From: Octopus vulgaris
Taxonomy: Eukaryota
Assembly: GCA_951406725.2 (NCBI GenBank)
Contig: OX597816.1
Location: 31,930,001 to 31,994,000 of the forward strand
Direction of reading: 5' to 3'
Length of the DNA stretch: 64,000 nt
Shown here: positions 27,272-41,365 of the stretch, one piece after another
Numbering within the stretch: the stretch's first letter is position 1
How the letters are laid out: the number at the start of each line of letters is the position of its first letter
Made by a program: the position numbers and the translations under genes
The notes under the pieces: model-generated
What the model was told of the DNA's origin: nothing
The model's database searches: none
The model's input: the letters and a program-made list of their open reading frames with translations, nothing else

Positions 27272-28631
27272 GTATATATATATGTAATTATATACACATA
27301 TTTAAATGTGTGTGTATGTTTGTGTGCTTTTGTGCATGTGAGTGTGTATGTGTGTGGTGTTTAATTGTGTGTCGATAGTTGCTCTATTCATTGCAATTTA
27401 ATAAATGATATATATTTGCGATAATTACAATGTGTTTAATCAGTACAATCATTATGCTAGGTTATAATTAGATGTTTGCTACGCGAATACATGATTAGAA
27501 TAAATAACACTAAAGCTTTATCTTCAAGTATTGCTATCCAGATTAATCACTTTAGCTTTGGCGATTGATATTTCTTCATTTTCTCACCAGGATTAATACT
27601 TCTCAGAAGTATAATGCCTGTTAATTCTTCGCTGTCACATCATATACGATAACTAGACATACGTTTATTTGAGTTATAACTTCATTCATGGCTACTTTGT
27701 CATAATTAACAATATTTGTATAAACATAGCTTCTATGATGCTGATCCTGAAAATATAATGCCGAAGATTTGCTAAGCAGTTTGTGAAATATTATGCCCAT
27801 TTTCAAACACCATGATATTTGTTGTCATATTCTGCAATATATATTACAGCTTTAAAAGTTACATTGGAACGTATTGCTTATATATTTATTTAAGATATAT
27901 TGTCAATTTGAATGGCAATATCCCATAATCATGTTATAGAACATAGTTGCGTCTCTATATCGAGCTATGAATCCCTTTAAAGTAGCACCTACAGTTAAAT
28001 TATCGTCCACTAAATCATATTTTAACTTTGTCTCTGATGATGCAACCACAAAGGAAATACTGGGGCACATGATCATTTCTAGGGCCACCTAATCTTATAG
28101 AGAAATGGATGTTATCCTTGAAATGGATGGCTGATCCGAAGGACAGAGCCAAAGGCTGAGTAGGAGTTGGCTTCTTATGCCAAATTGTGAAATGAAAATG
28201 ACTCTTTAAATCAACCGTTTTAGCTAACCCTTTATAAGCTGCAAAAAAATGTTCATACGCTTGAAAGACAGTTGAAGTAATGACACTTTTACGGCTATTT
28301 AATATGCAAGAAAATTATAACCAATTCCAAACCTTCAGCAGCTCGAGTTTCCTCTACTTCAAACTGCCTAGTGAATGTAACATTTTCAACTTCCCGTATT
28401 AGTTCAAGTTGTTTTGAAGTGTTCTTAAAACAGCCCTAAATCTAACACAATTAAAAGAAGTTAATACAACTTTTAGAAAGGAAACTATGTACATCATTCA
28501 ACAAAGACGAGCTGAATCGTGCGTGTTCTGATACGTATTTGATAAACGTGCATTTTCTTATAGGTCTGGGGAATCAAATATGATGAAAATAGGACGTGAC
28601 ATATTTTGATCTTGAAATTGTAATATTTTAC

Positions 28632-28709
<78 letters not shown>

Positions 28710-28879
28710 TTCTCTTAATTGTGTAATATATTGAAAGTATGCGACAAAATGTATAATACAATGTGTAACGCCAATATGCTGTTCTTTGAAACATTTACTT
28801 TTGTGTTGGTCATCATTGTCAATCTTTTATACATTTGTGGGATATTTTATGTATGAATGGTAACTAGTTACAAGTTACA

Positions 28880-29080
28880 ACACCATTACTACCATCAACA
28901 CAACCATCATCACCACCATCACTGCCACATCCACCACCTCTACCACCACCTCCACCGCCGCTGACATCATCATCCTCATCATCATCCTCATCATCCTCAT
29001 CCTCGTCATCCTCATCATCATCATCATCATCAACATTGTTGTCGTCATCGTCATTAGCAGCAGTAGCAGTAGCAGCAACA
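28880..29080 (+). repeat. Compound (CAC/CAT/CAG)n low-complexity repeat
   Basis: Directly visible. Confidence 0.9.
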
Positions 29081-29149
29081 TCTGCAGTGGTATAATAAAT
29101 CTGTCATATACTACTCTATCCAGCACTGATGTTGTTTCGAGTTTTGGTG

Positions 29150-31260
29150 ACAAATGTTGTCCTCAGATTAAAAAAAAAAACTATCTAAGGATTCATCCGG
29201 AATACAGAACGATATATTTCTGCAGATCTTCACACTCTATAATCACATAGTTTTTCCTTTTAATTTTGACCTAAGAGTCTTATTGAGATTCTTCTCTGCA
29301 ATCATACTAATTTTAATTGCTTCAATAGTATGGACAATATTTATAGAGAAATCTCATAAGCACTGTAATTTTTATGAACTATCAGAGCATCTAGATCATA
29401 TTCATATAATTTTCTGTCACTTTTAAAACAGACGCAGCTGACATTTTAAGGTAGGCTTCATACTGATACTTACACTCATTTACTCTAAATGTATTAACTT
29501 TATAAGCTTAATACCTTAATCACTTCCCCACAGATTTATCTCTTTAATCTCTTAAGATTATCATTATAGACCTATATCAAATTCTTTCTGTTGACATACA
29601 CATGAGTGGTCATAATGTGAAATTCAGTTTCTGGCATCGGGATTCCATCTCTCGAAAAAACTATTATCCTTTACAACCAAAATACGTTGTTTTTAAAAAA
29701 TGAAATTGTCATGTAAGTCTATCCGTTTACAACTATTTGTTCTGTTGTTCTACTCTCTGGTCGTTAATCATTCTACTGTGTTTTTAATGTTTTAGTAGAT
29801 TGATTTTGGATATATCTATTTGTAGAAAGAATTCCTTACTAACTTTGTTCACCATAACTTGAAACACGATACTGGTGCTCGAATGGTGATGGTTTCTTCA
29901 TTCAACAAGTACCTTTCTTGGTACTGATATTAATTTTAGTTTGATAAATATACATTGAGAGTAGATTCCCAAATTATATCTAATTCTTAGAGAACATTCT
30001 TCGCTCAGTTTTGAAATGGAAAAGAGCAACTGGTAGAATCCAAGTATTCATGATTTTCATGAATTAGGTCGATGTAATCAACTTACTTTTTCCAAAAATT
30101 GCTGTCGATATGGCTAACTTTGAACCCAATATTTATATTCGCTTCTTTTGGGCTGTTCTCCATTCATTTTTGCAATTTCTGAAACGGCGGTTCTTCACTG
30201 ATATAATGAAACTCTATGCTCAAAATATTTCACCAGATATTCCCTGCTGCTTTCGCAATTGTTATGTCATCATTTGATTTTAATTCTTCTTGTTTCAACT
30301 TTGCACATTTTCCTTCCACTCTTTCTAAAGAGACAGTTTTGCTGATAATGTCTTTTTTTTTTACTTTTGTCTGATAGTGCCTTCATTTTCATCACATCAT
30401 TTCTTTAGCTAGTTATAATCCTTTCCACTAATGAACTTTCTTTGTAGCTCATTCCTCCAATGTCTGCCTTTCACTAACTTCTTTTGAATTATTTAATTGG
30501 TTTTTCAGGATCGGTATTGAAATGTTCACTTGAATCAAATATCTCCATTTTCAACAAGTCTTTTCTCCGTTCTTCCTTGACTTTTCATTCGAAGAATCCT
30601 TACTGAAAAATGAAGTCGTATACATGTGTTATAATTTGAAAATACCTTAGTTAAGAGCTTCTCCGGGTTGTTTTCGAATTTGAGTACGTTTTTTTTCGAT
30701 TTCTTTCAAAGATAATAAGTTCTTTCTTTCTCTAATTTGTGTATGAATTAATAGTTGTTCTAAGCATTTTCATCTTCTATTCTTCCATAGCTCTATTGGC
30801 GTTTCTGAACAATTTACTCTTAAACTTTGCAGCAGTAGTAGAATAAACTCCAGACCCGTTCTGCTGCATAGGGAGATACTTAATTTCCAAGATACGTTTA
30901 TTTGAGAGCCGGCATCATTAACACAGGTGTGAAGGTAGCGTTTATTTGACATTTCATTCATTATGAACTCACAAACAACTATATCTAGACATGATCGGTA
31001 TAGAGGTGGTAGCCAACACGTGACAGTGAGTATTTTCATTACGTAAAACTACAGAGATTGTAATCAAGGCTATAACAAAGAACACAGCTGAACAAGTATG
31101 TCCCTGGAATATGCTTCTTTTGATTGTAAACTTGGTTAAGTGCTGGTTGCTTGAATCCTTCATTCCTGCAAAATAATTTTGTCTGGCTACTAATATTCCT
31201 TGGACGAAACTTTGGGAAGTTACAATACAAAGCCTTTCCTTGTCACTCAAATAATCTTCT
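29150..31260 (-). pseudogene. Old decayed R4/Dong-like LINE
   Basis: IKRSIFQGHTCSAVFFVIALITISVVL matches RRVILQGGSFSPLLFVIALIPLT at 37432-37629. The downstream extent is approximate. Confidence 0.55.
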
Positions 31261-33643
31261 TTTATTCTGTTTCCTTTTCTGTTTCCGTGTGTTCTACTAT
31301 GACTCGAGTAGCTCTTAATACAATCTATTGAAAATTAGCTACGTGGGAGGCTATATAATCTCTAGCTAATTCCACGTTACTTCTACTGATATTAACTTCG
31401 ACTATCTTCCTCTCTATGTATGTATAATCTTGCTACTAATACTCTCCGGTGAAGGCGTCAATTCATATTGAATCGCTTCATAGATATTCTGTCTAGATTT
31501 GCTAATTCAAATTTTGACCAATCTACAAACGTTGCAAAATATCTAGTTTGTGATACTCATCAAGTATTTATAACAATCTTTAGCTTCATCACCCGTCGCA
31601 TGTGCTCTGCCAGATATTCTAGATACTCTACTTCATTCAATTATTTTAATGCCTGGCCATCTGGTAATTTGATGCCTTCACAGCTGAATACCAATTTGAT
31701 TTTTGTGGCTAATATTGCGCACTTACCTATGACTAATTATTTACTTGTATTTTTTCGAAACAATCTTACAGTTGATATTAAGGAATCTATTTCGTTCTAT
31801 TCTTACTAAAACGCTTCAGACCATCCATGTAGAGCAAATGGATAATTTCTTTCTTTTTCATTTCAGAAATGGTAACCTGACTTTGCCTTTCGTAACACTA
31901 AAGTGAGGGGGATATGACATGAGACGAATATTAAATGGGCTAATGTGTTTCATTGAAAAACACCTCACTTCATATTAACTTTCCTTAATACTGTATCACT
32001 AGAGTAGAGATCTACGTTCCATTTCTTCATGCTATAGGTAATAAAATCTCAGGTATCGTTTATTGAAAATTTATACAAATCCTTTTCAAACGGCATAGAT
32101 TACGATTATAAAGAAATTTATGGGGAAAATGTTTTCAAGGATATTCCTAATTTTCTTTACACAACAGTCTTCAAAATGATGGAGTGTTTGGAGGTGGGGG
32201 TTGACATCTTTGTATGAAACATTTTTGTAAATTCCTTTTATTTACATCCCCTCCCTCGTCATCCTACTCCGGACCTATTTTGGCAAAGTTTGTTCTTTGC
32301 ATTTGAAAATCATGGGAAGAGGATATACGGTAACATCTTCAATAAATTTTCTTAATATATTCATTGGGAAAGGGAGTGATTTGAGAGCGATATGTCTGTT
32401 GTTTCTAGGATATCCAAAAACAAACCTCTTCGTTTCTTTATCACTTTTGCATGTAGTGATATTTTTCATTATTTTTACCTCATATAAACATTTATATGCT
32501 ATAAAAAAGAAAATTTGAATAATTAGAGTAATTATGAATTTTATGAAACCCGACACTCTTCTCCAGATTGCTTCTGTTTAAAAGTTAAAATATTGGAGAA
32601 ACTGAGAAGGTCATTGCTAGCATTTATTAACATTGATTAAAAAAAAATACGAGATATACTTGCATTGCAAATGACTTGATGTGAGAGGGTGTGCTGAAAA
32701 ATACATTTGAGCGTAGATGTTTGCAAGACTGTCAAGAACACAGAGCAACATTAGTTTCACGGCACTATTTAAATACAGATGTTGGGATACATCTACGTAA
32801 CAATATGAAGGGGAGTGATAGTTTTTAGGGTTACGGCTAGTTAAGGGACCTATGTATTCAAATAATGCCAGGTTCACTTCAACATTGAAATTTCATTTGT
32901 CTCAAAATATTTTCTTGGTTTTGAAAGCACAACCTTTTCACTGACAAGATTTCGCATAAGTAATGCAGCACGATGTTTTGTCAGCAAACACACACGCACA
33001 CACATACATACAAACATACACACACACATGTCATTGCCTTTCATGTGTGTGTGTGTGTGTGTGTGTACGTGTGCTCGAGTATGTCACTGTTGTAGTCGCC
33101 CGTGCAATTTTTTTGTGTATATATTGACTTAATGGTACAGAGTGTTTGGAAACTGAATACGGTAAAAATTTCGAGTATTTGTCGGTAGCTTTTTTTCTCT
33201 GCCTCATATAGAGGATCTTCACATAGCTACCCTGCGTTAAAAAAAGTATAAGGGTATTTTTAAAATTCTCACTCAATACATAATGAAATAAGTATACATT
33301 GCTACAATAATAAATAATAAATTACGCATACATTAATAGAATGAACTGTCGGTTTTCCAAATAGCGAAAGAAAACTTAAAACAGAAAGTGTGAGACTTTG
33401 CAAATGTGAATGGAATACTCTGTAGTGTATGCAATGAATATTCAAAGTTATGAATTGGACGCAGTGAATCCAATGACTATTTCAAGTTACTAGAAATCGG
33501 AGTTAAAATAATTCAAGAAATTTCTGAATTTCTAAAAATATTTCAAGACGGTCACCCATTTAATGATTGCTTTGTTTTAGTACGTTTAATAATTGTTACA
33601 ACCTAATTAATAAACAGCATTCTGCATTGTAGTATGCATTTAT

Positions 33644-33675
33644 AGTAGTAGTAGTAGTAGCTGTATTAGCTGTAT

Positions 33676-33772
<97 letters not shown>
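33644..33772 (+). repeat. (TAG)n microsatellite
   Basis: Directly visible. Confidence 0.98.
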
Positions 33773-33773
<1 letters not shown>

Positions 33774-34231
33774 CCAGCTGCAGCTGTCATTGGTGTTATT
33801 TTCGTTGCTGATGATGTTTTTAATGTGGTGATGGAGATCTAGATATCGTTGATGAAATAGTTTGAATTATTGACAATGCAAAGTGTGTATATAATAGTCA
33901 CACAGATGTTTGTCTCACTTTCAGGAAATAATGTTTTTTAAAATACATATGACTATATTCATACCTAAATAAGATGACTCTGATTTAATGGCGGTGCGAA
34001 ATGTTCAGATATGTCGCACCAATACACACTATTGTTCAAAGGTCGTTTGCACTTTGTCATCTTTGGTTACTTCCGACATTTGGGTCGGGGCTTCCGTTGT
34101 AGCTTAATCAATATTGCGAACCTTTCGCTCTGGCATTTCATACAGAATCTTGGTGACAGCTTGCATCGACTCTCCTTGTTGTGTTTGTGTTCTTCCATGA
34201 CAGCAGGTGAGAAAATATTTTGGTGATTTAC

Positions 34232-34267
<36 letters not shown>

Positions 34268-34281
34268 ATACTTGCACACAA

Positions 34282-34332
<51 letters not shown>

Positions 34333-34869
34333 CTTTTACTGTACTATTTGGATGTTTTTCACCAGCTACACCTGTACATGATACAGATATTATAGAAGCT
34401 TTAATATTTCATCAGTATTGTTAGGGATTTTTTTCGTGTTTAACCGAGTATGGTTTTAAGACTGAATATCTGATGTAATTCATCATAAATGCTTATTTCA
34501 TGCTGACAAAAAGAAAATGTCTAGAGAAGTTCCAACAATTTCATATTTTATGACTGCTAGCTTTACGAAGCGGTATTGTTGCTGATATTTGTAGACGTTA
34601 CGACTTTGAGGCAATGGTGATGCCATGTGCATTTAGTTACTACATTTATGCTGAAGTAGCGTAGTGAAATGTGTAAGTTCTAGCATTTGTTTCCATTCCC
34701 AAATACAATGGCATCGGAGGTGCATGCATTTGACATTACCTTTCGAAATTTTATGAGCTATAACTAAGTGTGTAAGTATGAACGTATGTATGTATGTACA
34801 TACGTACGTATACATGTATGTATGTTTGCATCAATCTCTCTATACGATAAGCCATATATCAATATATAT

Positions 34870-34913
<44 letters not shown>

Positions 34914-35122
34914 CGCAAAATAAGATAGGGGTTAAGAGGGTAGACCATAGGCTGAAACAGCTGTAAGAAGCAGTTTGTTTGTATTATTTTTATTGTATTA
35001 TTAATTTGCATATTGATTTATAATATTTTGTTCGATTTTCATCTTCATATTTATAATTAATAGATAATATGAAATTGTAATATCTGATGATCGAAACGAA
35101 TTTGTTCCTCCATTTTCTTATT

Positions 35123-35158
<36 letters not shown>

Positions 35159-35576
35159 TATGCGTGTGTATATATGTGTGTGTATTTATATGTATATATG
35201 TTTGTATACGTATGCATATATATACATACGCATATATGCTAAAATATATATATGAACATCTAACCACCCACACCGTATACCACACATCATTACACGCACA
35301 CCCACACAGAATCGTCAAAAGTGTCAGCAAACTTATCATGAAGCCACTCACAATGTTTTACTCAGCACACACTACACAGAATCTTTCAAGCTCCCACTAC
35401 ACAATCACATAATATCTAAACACACAGATTATATAAACACACACAAGACGCATAGATAACGATATTTTTCACGCACAAACATACACTATACACTCGTACA
35501 CACGCAGGCAACACCCACCATTCTCACATACATACACACGCGCGTTTGCGCACATTCGTTCGTTGGAATCATCGTA

Positions 35577-35577
<1 letters not shown>

Positions 35578-35649
<72 letters not shown>

Positions 35650-35868
35650 TGTATTATTATCAGTATTTTTATTAGTAGTATTATTATTAGTATTATTATT
35701 ATTATCATCATTATTATTATTATCATTATTAGTATTATTATTATTATCATTACCATTATTATTATTATCATTATTATCATTATCATTATTGTTGTTATTA
35801 TTATTATCATTATTATTGTTAGTATTATTATTATTATTATTGTTGCTGTCGTTGTTATTATTATTATT
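35578..35868 (+). repeat. (TTA)n-rich microsatellite at a LINE 3' end
   Basis: Directly visible. Confidence 0.98.
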
Positions 35869-38175
35869 CCTTCGTAACACAGTGTAAAAATGCACTGAAG
35901 TCTTTAGTCATCTGTCTCGTCAGAACAAGGACATCATACAGGTAACGCTTTCCTTAAGATGTGCGCTGTGGCCAATAAGGATGCTTTTTGGAAGACATCA
36001 ATGTTGCATCCAGTTGTATTAAGAAGTCTTGAAGTTTGAATGGCATTGAGCCCAACGATCGAATACCACTGGTATTACTTTTGCATAATTTTCTCGCATT
36101 CCATACAGCCTTGCCATGTCCATTTCCTCTTTCAATTCGGAGTATCTGGCGATTTTTTCAACCTCTTTACTCACAACATTCATGTCCTTTATAATGGTTA
36201 CATCAATGATCTGACAACTTCTTTCTAACTTATTGAACATGACATTATCCGGCCGTGGGTGTTCGATTTCACGATCAGTCTGAAAATTATAGTCATAGAA
36301 TATTGTTACTTTTCCATCCTCCTGAATAACGTTACTTAGTACATGCACATACCAGTTCTCCTGTTAATTCACATTTATATTTACGGCATAAGGGCCAATA
36401 AAGATACACCCACACTATAGCGTCGCCGTGTTTGTATTCTCTTTCTACAAAACTCTGGCATCCACTTACCAAGTGGTTCACATCTCCCATACGCGTTCCA
36501 CAAAGTCTGCATTTCTTGATGTCAGAAGTTTTATAGATGTTCTACTTCACTGAATTGATAGTGAGAACCTGGTCTTCTGCAGCAATGATCAAGTATTCAG
36601 TGGTACGCTTCAAATAACCTCGCTCTAGCCATGCCCATGATACTGTATTATCCTTAATATCTTGTGTCTTCCATTGAAACTGTCCATGCATTATCATTTC
36701 AAGAATGTCTTCTTTTCACTTCTCCTCAGATCTTTCTTTATACTCTTCCTTGCCCATCTTTTCATCTGCATTTACGCACATATTTTTCGCAACATATTGC
36801 AGTAGTTTTTCATTACCAATTATCAAACATTCGGCAAGCGTTCTCCCTTCACTCCTTATACAATGGTCTATACTAATTAGTCTCCTGCCATCGTTCTTTC
36901 TTTTCATGCACTGTCTGTTTACGTTCGCTTTGGGGTGTAGCGCCCCATGGAGCGTTATCAACTTTTTCGTCCTTCTATCCAGTGATGGTATTTCCTCTTT
37001 AGTCCATTTGAGGATGGATGCACTAAATCTGACCACCGAAACTTCCCAGGTATTCATGGTGATAATCACAGTCTTGGAATTCGGATTGGATTTCAACAGC
37101 ATCTTCACGCTTTTTTTGATACGCCTTTCTGCGTACAGTGTCAACCAGCACCCAAATCCATAAATATTTATACCTACTACCGTCGGGTTCACCAATCGTC
37201 TCCCCTGATGGTAACCGCAATTCTCTGCAGGCTGCTTTCTTCCCTGTTTTCATATTAAGTTCTGAGCATTTGATGATACCATATTCCATGACGATGTCCC
37301 TGCCATACTGCTGGACTGTTTTGGTTAAGGAAAGTATCTGCTTCAGATTTCCTAAACAATTTCAGGTCATCCATAAACAGAAAATGGTTCAATGATGGAC
37401 CTCCTTTCCCTTATCGGTAACCTATCTTAACTCACCAAAATGTCAAGGGTATTAGTGCAATTACAAAAAGTAACGGAGAAAACGAGCCTCCTTGTAAGAT
37501 TACCCTTCGAAAATTAACTTCTCCAAGGAATTCATTACTTGAGTAGAATTTGCCAAGCATCAGGAAATTTGTGATGTTGTCAGCAACACAAATCAACTGC
37601 AAGCATTCAACGGTCCAAGAATGAGGCATGATATTTTTTGCTTTCTTAAAGTCAACCTAAGCCATAAATATGTGTGTATGCTTTTGAAAATGCCTCAGAA
37701 CTTTTTTATCGATGGCCAGATGATCTTTGGTATCCTGAGAACTCTTCCTACATCGATTTTGTTCCCTCGGTAGCATTTCATCCTGTGCCAGTCATTTCTA
37801 CTCCAGTTAAGTAACCCTTTCTCATAATCACTCTCAATCGGTTCATGTCGTTTGCCATCCGAAATTTCAAGGTTCGCCGAAATACTCTGCGACTTCCTTT
37901 CAGCTTTGCTCTATCATGGCATTCAATAAGTGTACCGTATTCTTCCTCCGTCGACTCATGTCTGTTTTTGCGCAAACCGTGTATATGATCTGTTGTGATA
38001 TAGCAACCGTCCAAGGCCAGATCACAGTTCCTGATGTAGGAGCTTTCGAACAAGCCGAGTGGGAAAGCTTCAACGTGATCTCCTATAGCATCATTCTCAC
38101 TGTTAACTCTTTCCTTGATGTGTTGCATAATGATTTCATGAGTTGTTTGTTGGGTTCCCATGGAAGTTGTTACTG
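35869..38175 (-). mobile_element. R4/Dong-type LINE, internally deleted and frameshifted
   Basis: RT: DHLAIDK, DFKKA..MPHSW, QGGSFSPLLFVIAL, HFLFMDDLKLF, YKYL. Then LDRRTKKLITLHGALHPKA. RLE: HPRPDNV...IIDVTI...KEVEKIARYSELK. Ends QKASLLATAHILRK, with a short 3' UTR and (TAA)n. Confidence 0.92.
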
Positions 38176-38346
38176 AGATCCCATCTCCCTCTTCCTCTCT
38201 TTATTTGCATATGCACGTGCACACGTATGTACACACACATATATAAAACTAATGTACTTGCATTGTGGCGACTCCATAACCACAGTGGTTATCATTAACA
38301 ACGTCGTTATACCTATAACATTTAAAATTATCAATATTAACTTTAT

Positions 38347-38408
38347 TGTTGTTATTATTATTATTACTACTACTACTACTACTACTACTACTAGTACTAC
38401 TACTACTG

Positions 38409-38467
<59 letters not shown>

Positions 38468-38490
38468 GTTGTTGTTGTTTTATTATTATT
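38347..38490 (+). repeat. (CTA)n/(TTA)n microsatellite
   Basis: Directly visible. Confidence 0.97.
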
Positions 38491-38572
38491 ATGTCCGTTT
38501 TATTAAAACTCTTTTTTCCAGTCGTTTCCCCTTGAAACACCGTTGGACATTTTCTGTCTCTTATTTCCATTG

Positions 38573-38642
<70 letters not shown>

Positions 38643-39135
38643 ATGTATTTCAGAATCACACGTATGTAATTATATGAGTATATATGCTTGCACATGTGTG
38701 TATCCCTACAAATATTAATTACGTACATAAGTGTGTGAATGTGCTTGTACGTGAATGAATAAGTGAGTGTGTGCCTGTGTGTGCATATTTGTGTGTTTGT
38801 ATGTGTGTGCGTGCGTCTGTGTGTGTATGATTTGCTCGCATACCAACAAGTCACATGAAATATCCGGACATAGATACACTCTCTTTCTCTTACTCTACCT
38901 GCATTGCATCTTTGTGTAATTTTTATATAATTATGTATATACAAACATATCCATACATATATACGCAGAAATACAAATACGTTAGGGCAAAAGAGAGTTC
39001 AGTGATAAAGACACACACACACATGTACACACACATATATAAACGTACTCAAACATACATACAAACAGACAAACACAAAACACACGCACTCATATGTATA
39101 GTCACGTACCCGCATAAATACAAACACACACACAC

Positions 39136-39226
<91 letters not shown>

Positions 39227-40651
39227 CCTTCATCTAAGTTTTAGTAATTCTTTCATGTTACCGACCTCATGGTAGTTTATAATTATGTGTTCTAGAAGCC
39301 TTTGCTACATAAATCAGTCTGTTTCGGTGCGTGATAACAACAATACTTACCAAACTAAACAAAGCTATTTTTATAGACTTATTCCTTCTATTCTTGATCA
39401 TATGACGTGAAGATAATTAGTGAGATTGTAGCTGCCGAAGGGTTTGTTGGACCTATAAATTCAGATTCATGGTAAAAAGGAAAATAAACATAGTGTTTGT
39501 GTAAGAATTGTTGGCATTAATTTCTCCAGTAAACGAGATCTATCTTCGTCCGTTTTGCTGTAAATGACTTGGCACGAGTTGCTGCTTTATTTGGCTATAA
39601 GGAAAAGTGCAATGTTTCTATCAGAGATAATGAGTTAACTAGTAAGCAAACGTAATGTAATTTATTTTAGACCTCAGAAGCGACACACACTCGAACCTCT
39701 CATTACTCTGAATGAATTATAATCCTGATTTAGATATTAAGAATGATCTACGGTGATTAAGTGATGCCATAACTGATAATAAATATACAATAAATTAAAA
39801 AAACAACGTACGCTAACTATTCTCATGTGTATTCCGAATGAGCTGAATGAGAATCTCCAATTGCATCTGTATGTTATATATTTCCTTCAATTCAGTCTTA
39901 TAAATGTGTTAGATATTTACATGCTCGCTTTTGTTAGAATGAGTTGTTCCATATTTACTCGGGAAAAGCACTGTATATGCACAGAACCCAGCTGCCATCG
40001 GCTTCGAGTTATATCTACATGAATAGATTTAAATACAAATGAATATCTTTTTTACTCAATTGATAAATATAGGTTTTCAATGTTTCCTATTTTGAGTAGT
40101 GATCTACCCGATCTGTTCTGTAAAAGAAAAGCATGGCAGAACTGTAAAGCTTAGGCCTTCATTATTTTGACACGTTACCATTAACGTACTTGCGGCACAA
40201 TTTTTAAATAAATCACAAGAAATATGTAAAAAAACATGCTTATCTGTAAGAAATAATATATAAATTGGAATTGTTGTTACAGAAACATTTGTCTATCCTC
40301 GGTAACGGCAGAAGTTGAATAATATAAACTTAGAAGATTATAATACTGTACAACATCAAATTTCTTTATAATATTTAATGTGTCGAATACACACATTAAT
40401 GCAGTTAACATTGCACTAATATATGAATATATATTCCAGAATATGCATTGTGTTTATATAAATACATTTTATTACTTTACAATTCTTATATCAATGCTGA
40501 TTCAACTTCTCGACCAATAAGAAATGTTTAGTGAAAGACTATACAATGACGGCAGCAAAACAGCACAAGATTTCGAGAATAAAACAACTCATTCTTTGGA
40601 ATTCCGCATAATTTTGCAAACGTGATGGAAACTAGTATATTGCAGACATGC

Positions 40652-40950
40652 GTGTGGGTACCCAAAACAAAACCAGAATTCTGCAATGATATTTTATTCA
40701 CTTAGTCTTACATGTTAACGCTTTTATCGACTAAACAATATTCACCATTTGAAGCAATACATCGGTCGGTCTACATGCGCTTTCCACCGCTCGAAGCAAC
40801 GCTGCACCTCTTGCCTTTTAACGTCTCCGTCGTTTCTATCTTAATTTCTTCCACATCTGCAAATTCCATCATCAGTAAAGACCTTCGAAAAACATTCCGG
40901 ATCAACTCCCAGCCGTTCTTTCAATTCACCACACGCATTCGGCCAATTTA
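40652..40950 (-). mobile_element. Mariner transposase 3' remnant
   Basis: Minus strand FADVEEIKIETTETLK, RCFERWK and CIASNGEY resemble the mariner C-terminus. A TIR-like GGGTACCCAAAA lies near 40656. Confidence 0.7.
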
Positions 40951-40954
40951 AACA

Positions 40955-41096
40955 ATTATTTACATTTTTTACGTTTGACGGATATTTGTCCTCATCTTGT
41001 TTGTTGTTTTCACAAAGTTTCCGTTGATATACCATCCGGCCTTCATTAGGTGTCTTGGGAAAATTTCGAACTTGGGCTCTAATAGATATGTTTCGA

Positions 41097-41097
<1 letters not shown>
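40955..41097 (-). mobile_element. Short hammerhead-bearing element, copy 1 (core mutated to CTAATGA)
   Basis: Reverse complement of 41209-41365. Confidence 0.8.
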
Positions 41098-41138
<41 letters not shown>

Positions 41139-41205
41139 TATTATTATTATTATTATTATCATCATAATCATCATCATCATCATCATCATTATTATGATTA
41201 TTATG
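41098..41205 (+). repeat. (TTA)n/(TCA)n microsatellite between head-to-head HHR elements
   Basis: Directly visible. Confidence 0.97.
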
Positions 41206-41208
41206 ACA

Positions 41209-41365
41209 GCATCGAAAAATATCTTAGGAATGAGAAGCCTGGTTCGAAATTTTCCCAAGACAGCTGATGAAGACTGGAGGATATATCAGCCGAAACGTTG
41301 TGTTAACAACAAAGAAAATGAGAGCAAATGTCCGCCAAAGTAAATCATATAAATAACGTAAATAA
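41209..41365 (+). mobile_element. Short hammerhead-bearing element, copy 2 (HHR ~41258-41304)
   Basis: gacag-CTGATGA-a-gactg...cagcc-GAAAC-GTT-gtgtt. Confidence 0.85.

Noticed and set aside
27900-28200. Possible APE endonuclease fragment (GVGFL) or host exon
   Set aside because: Only one short motif with stops; insufficient support.
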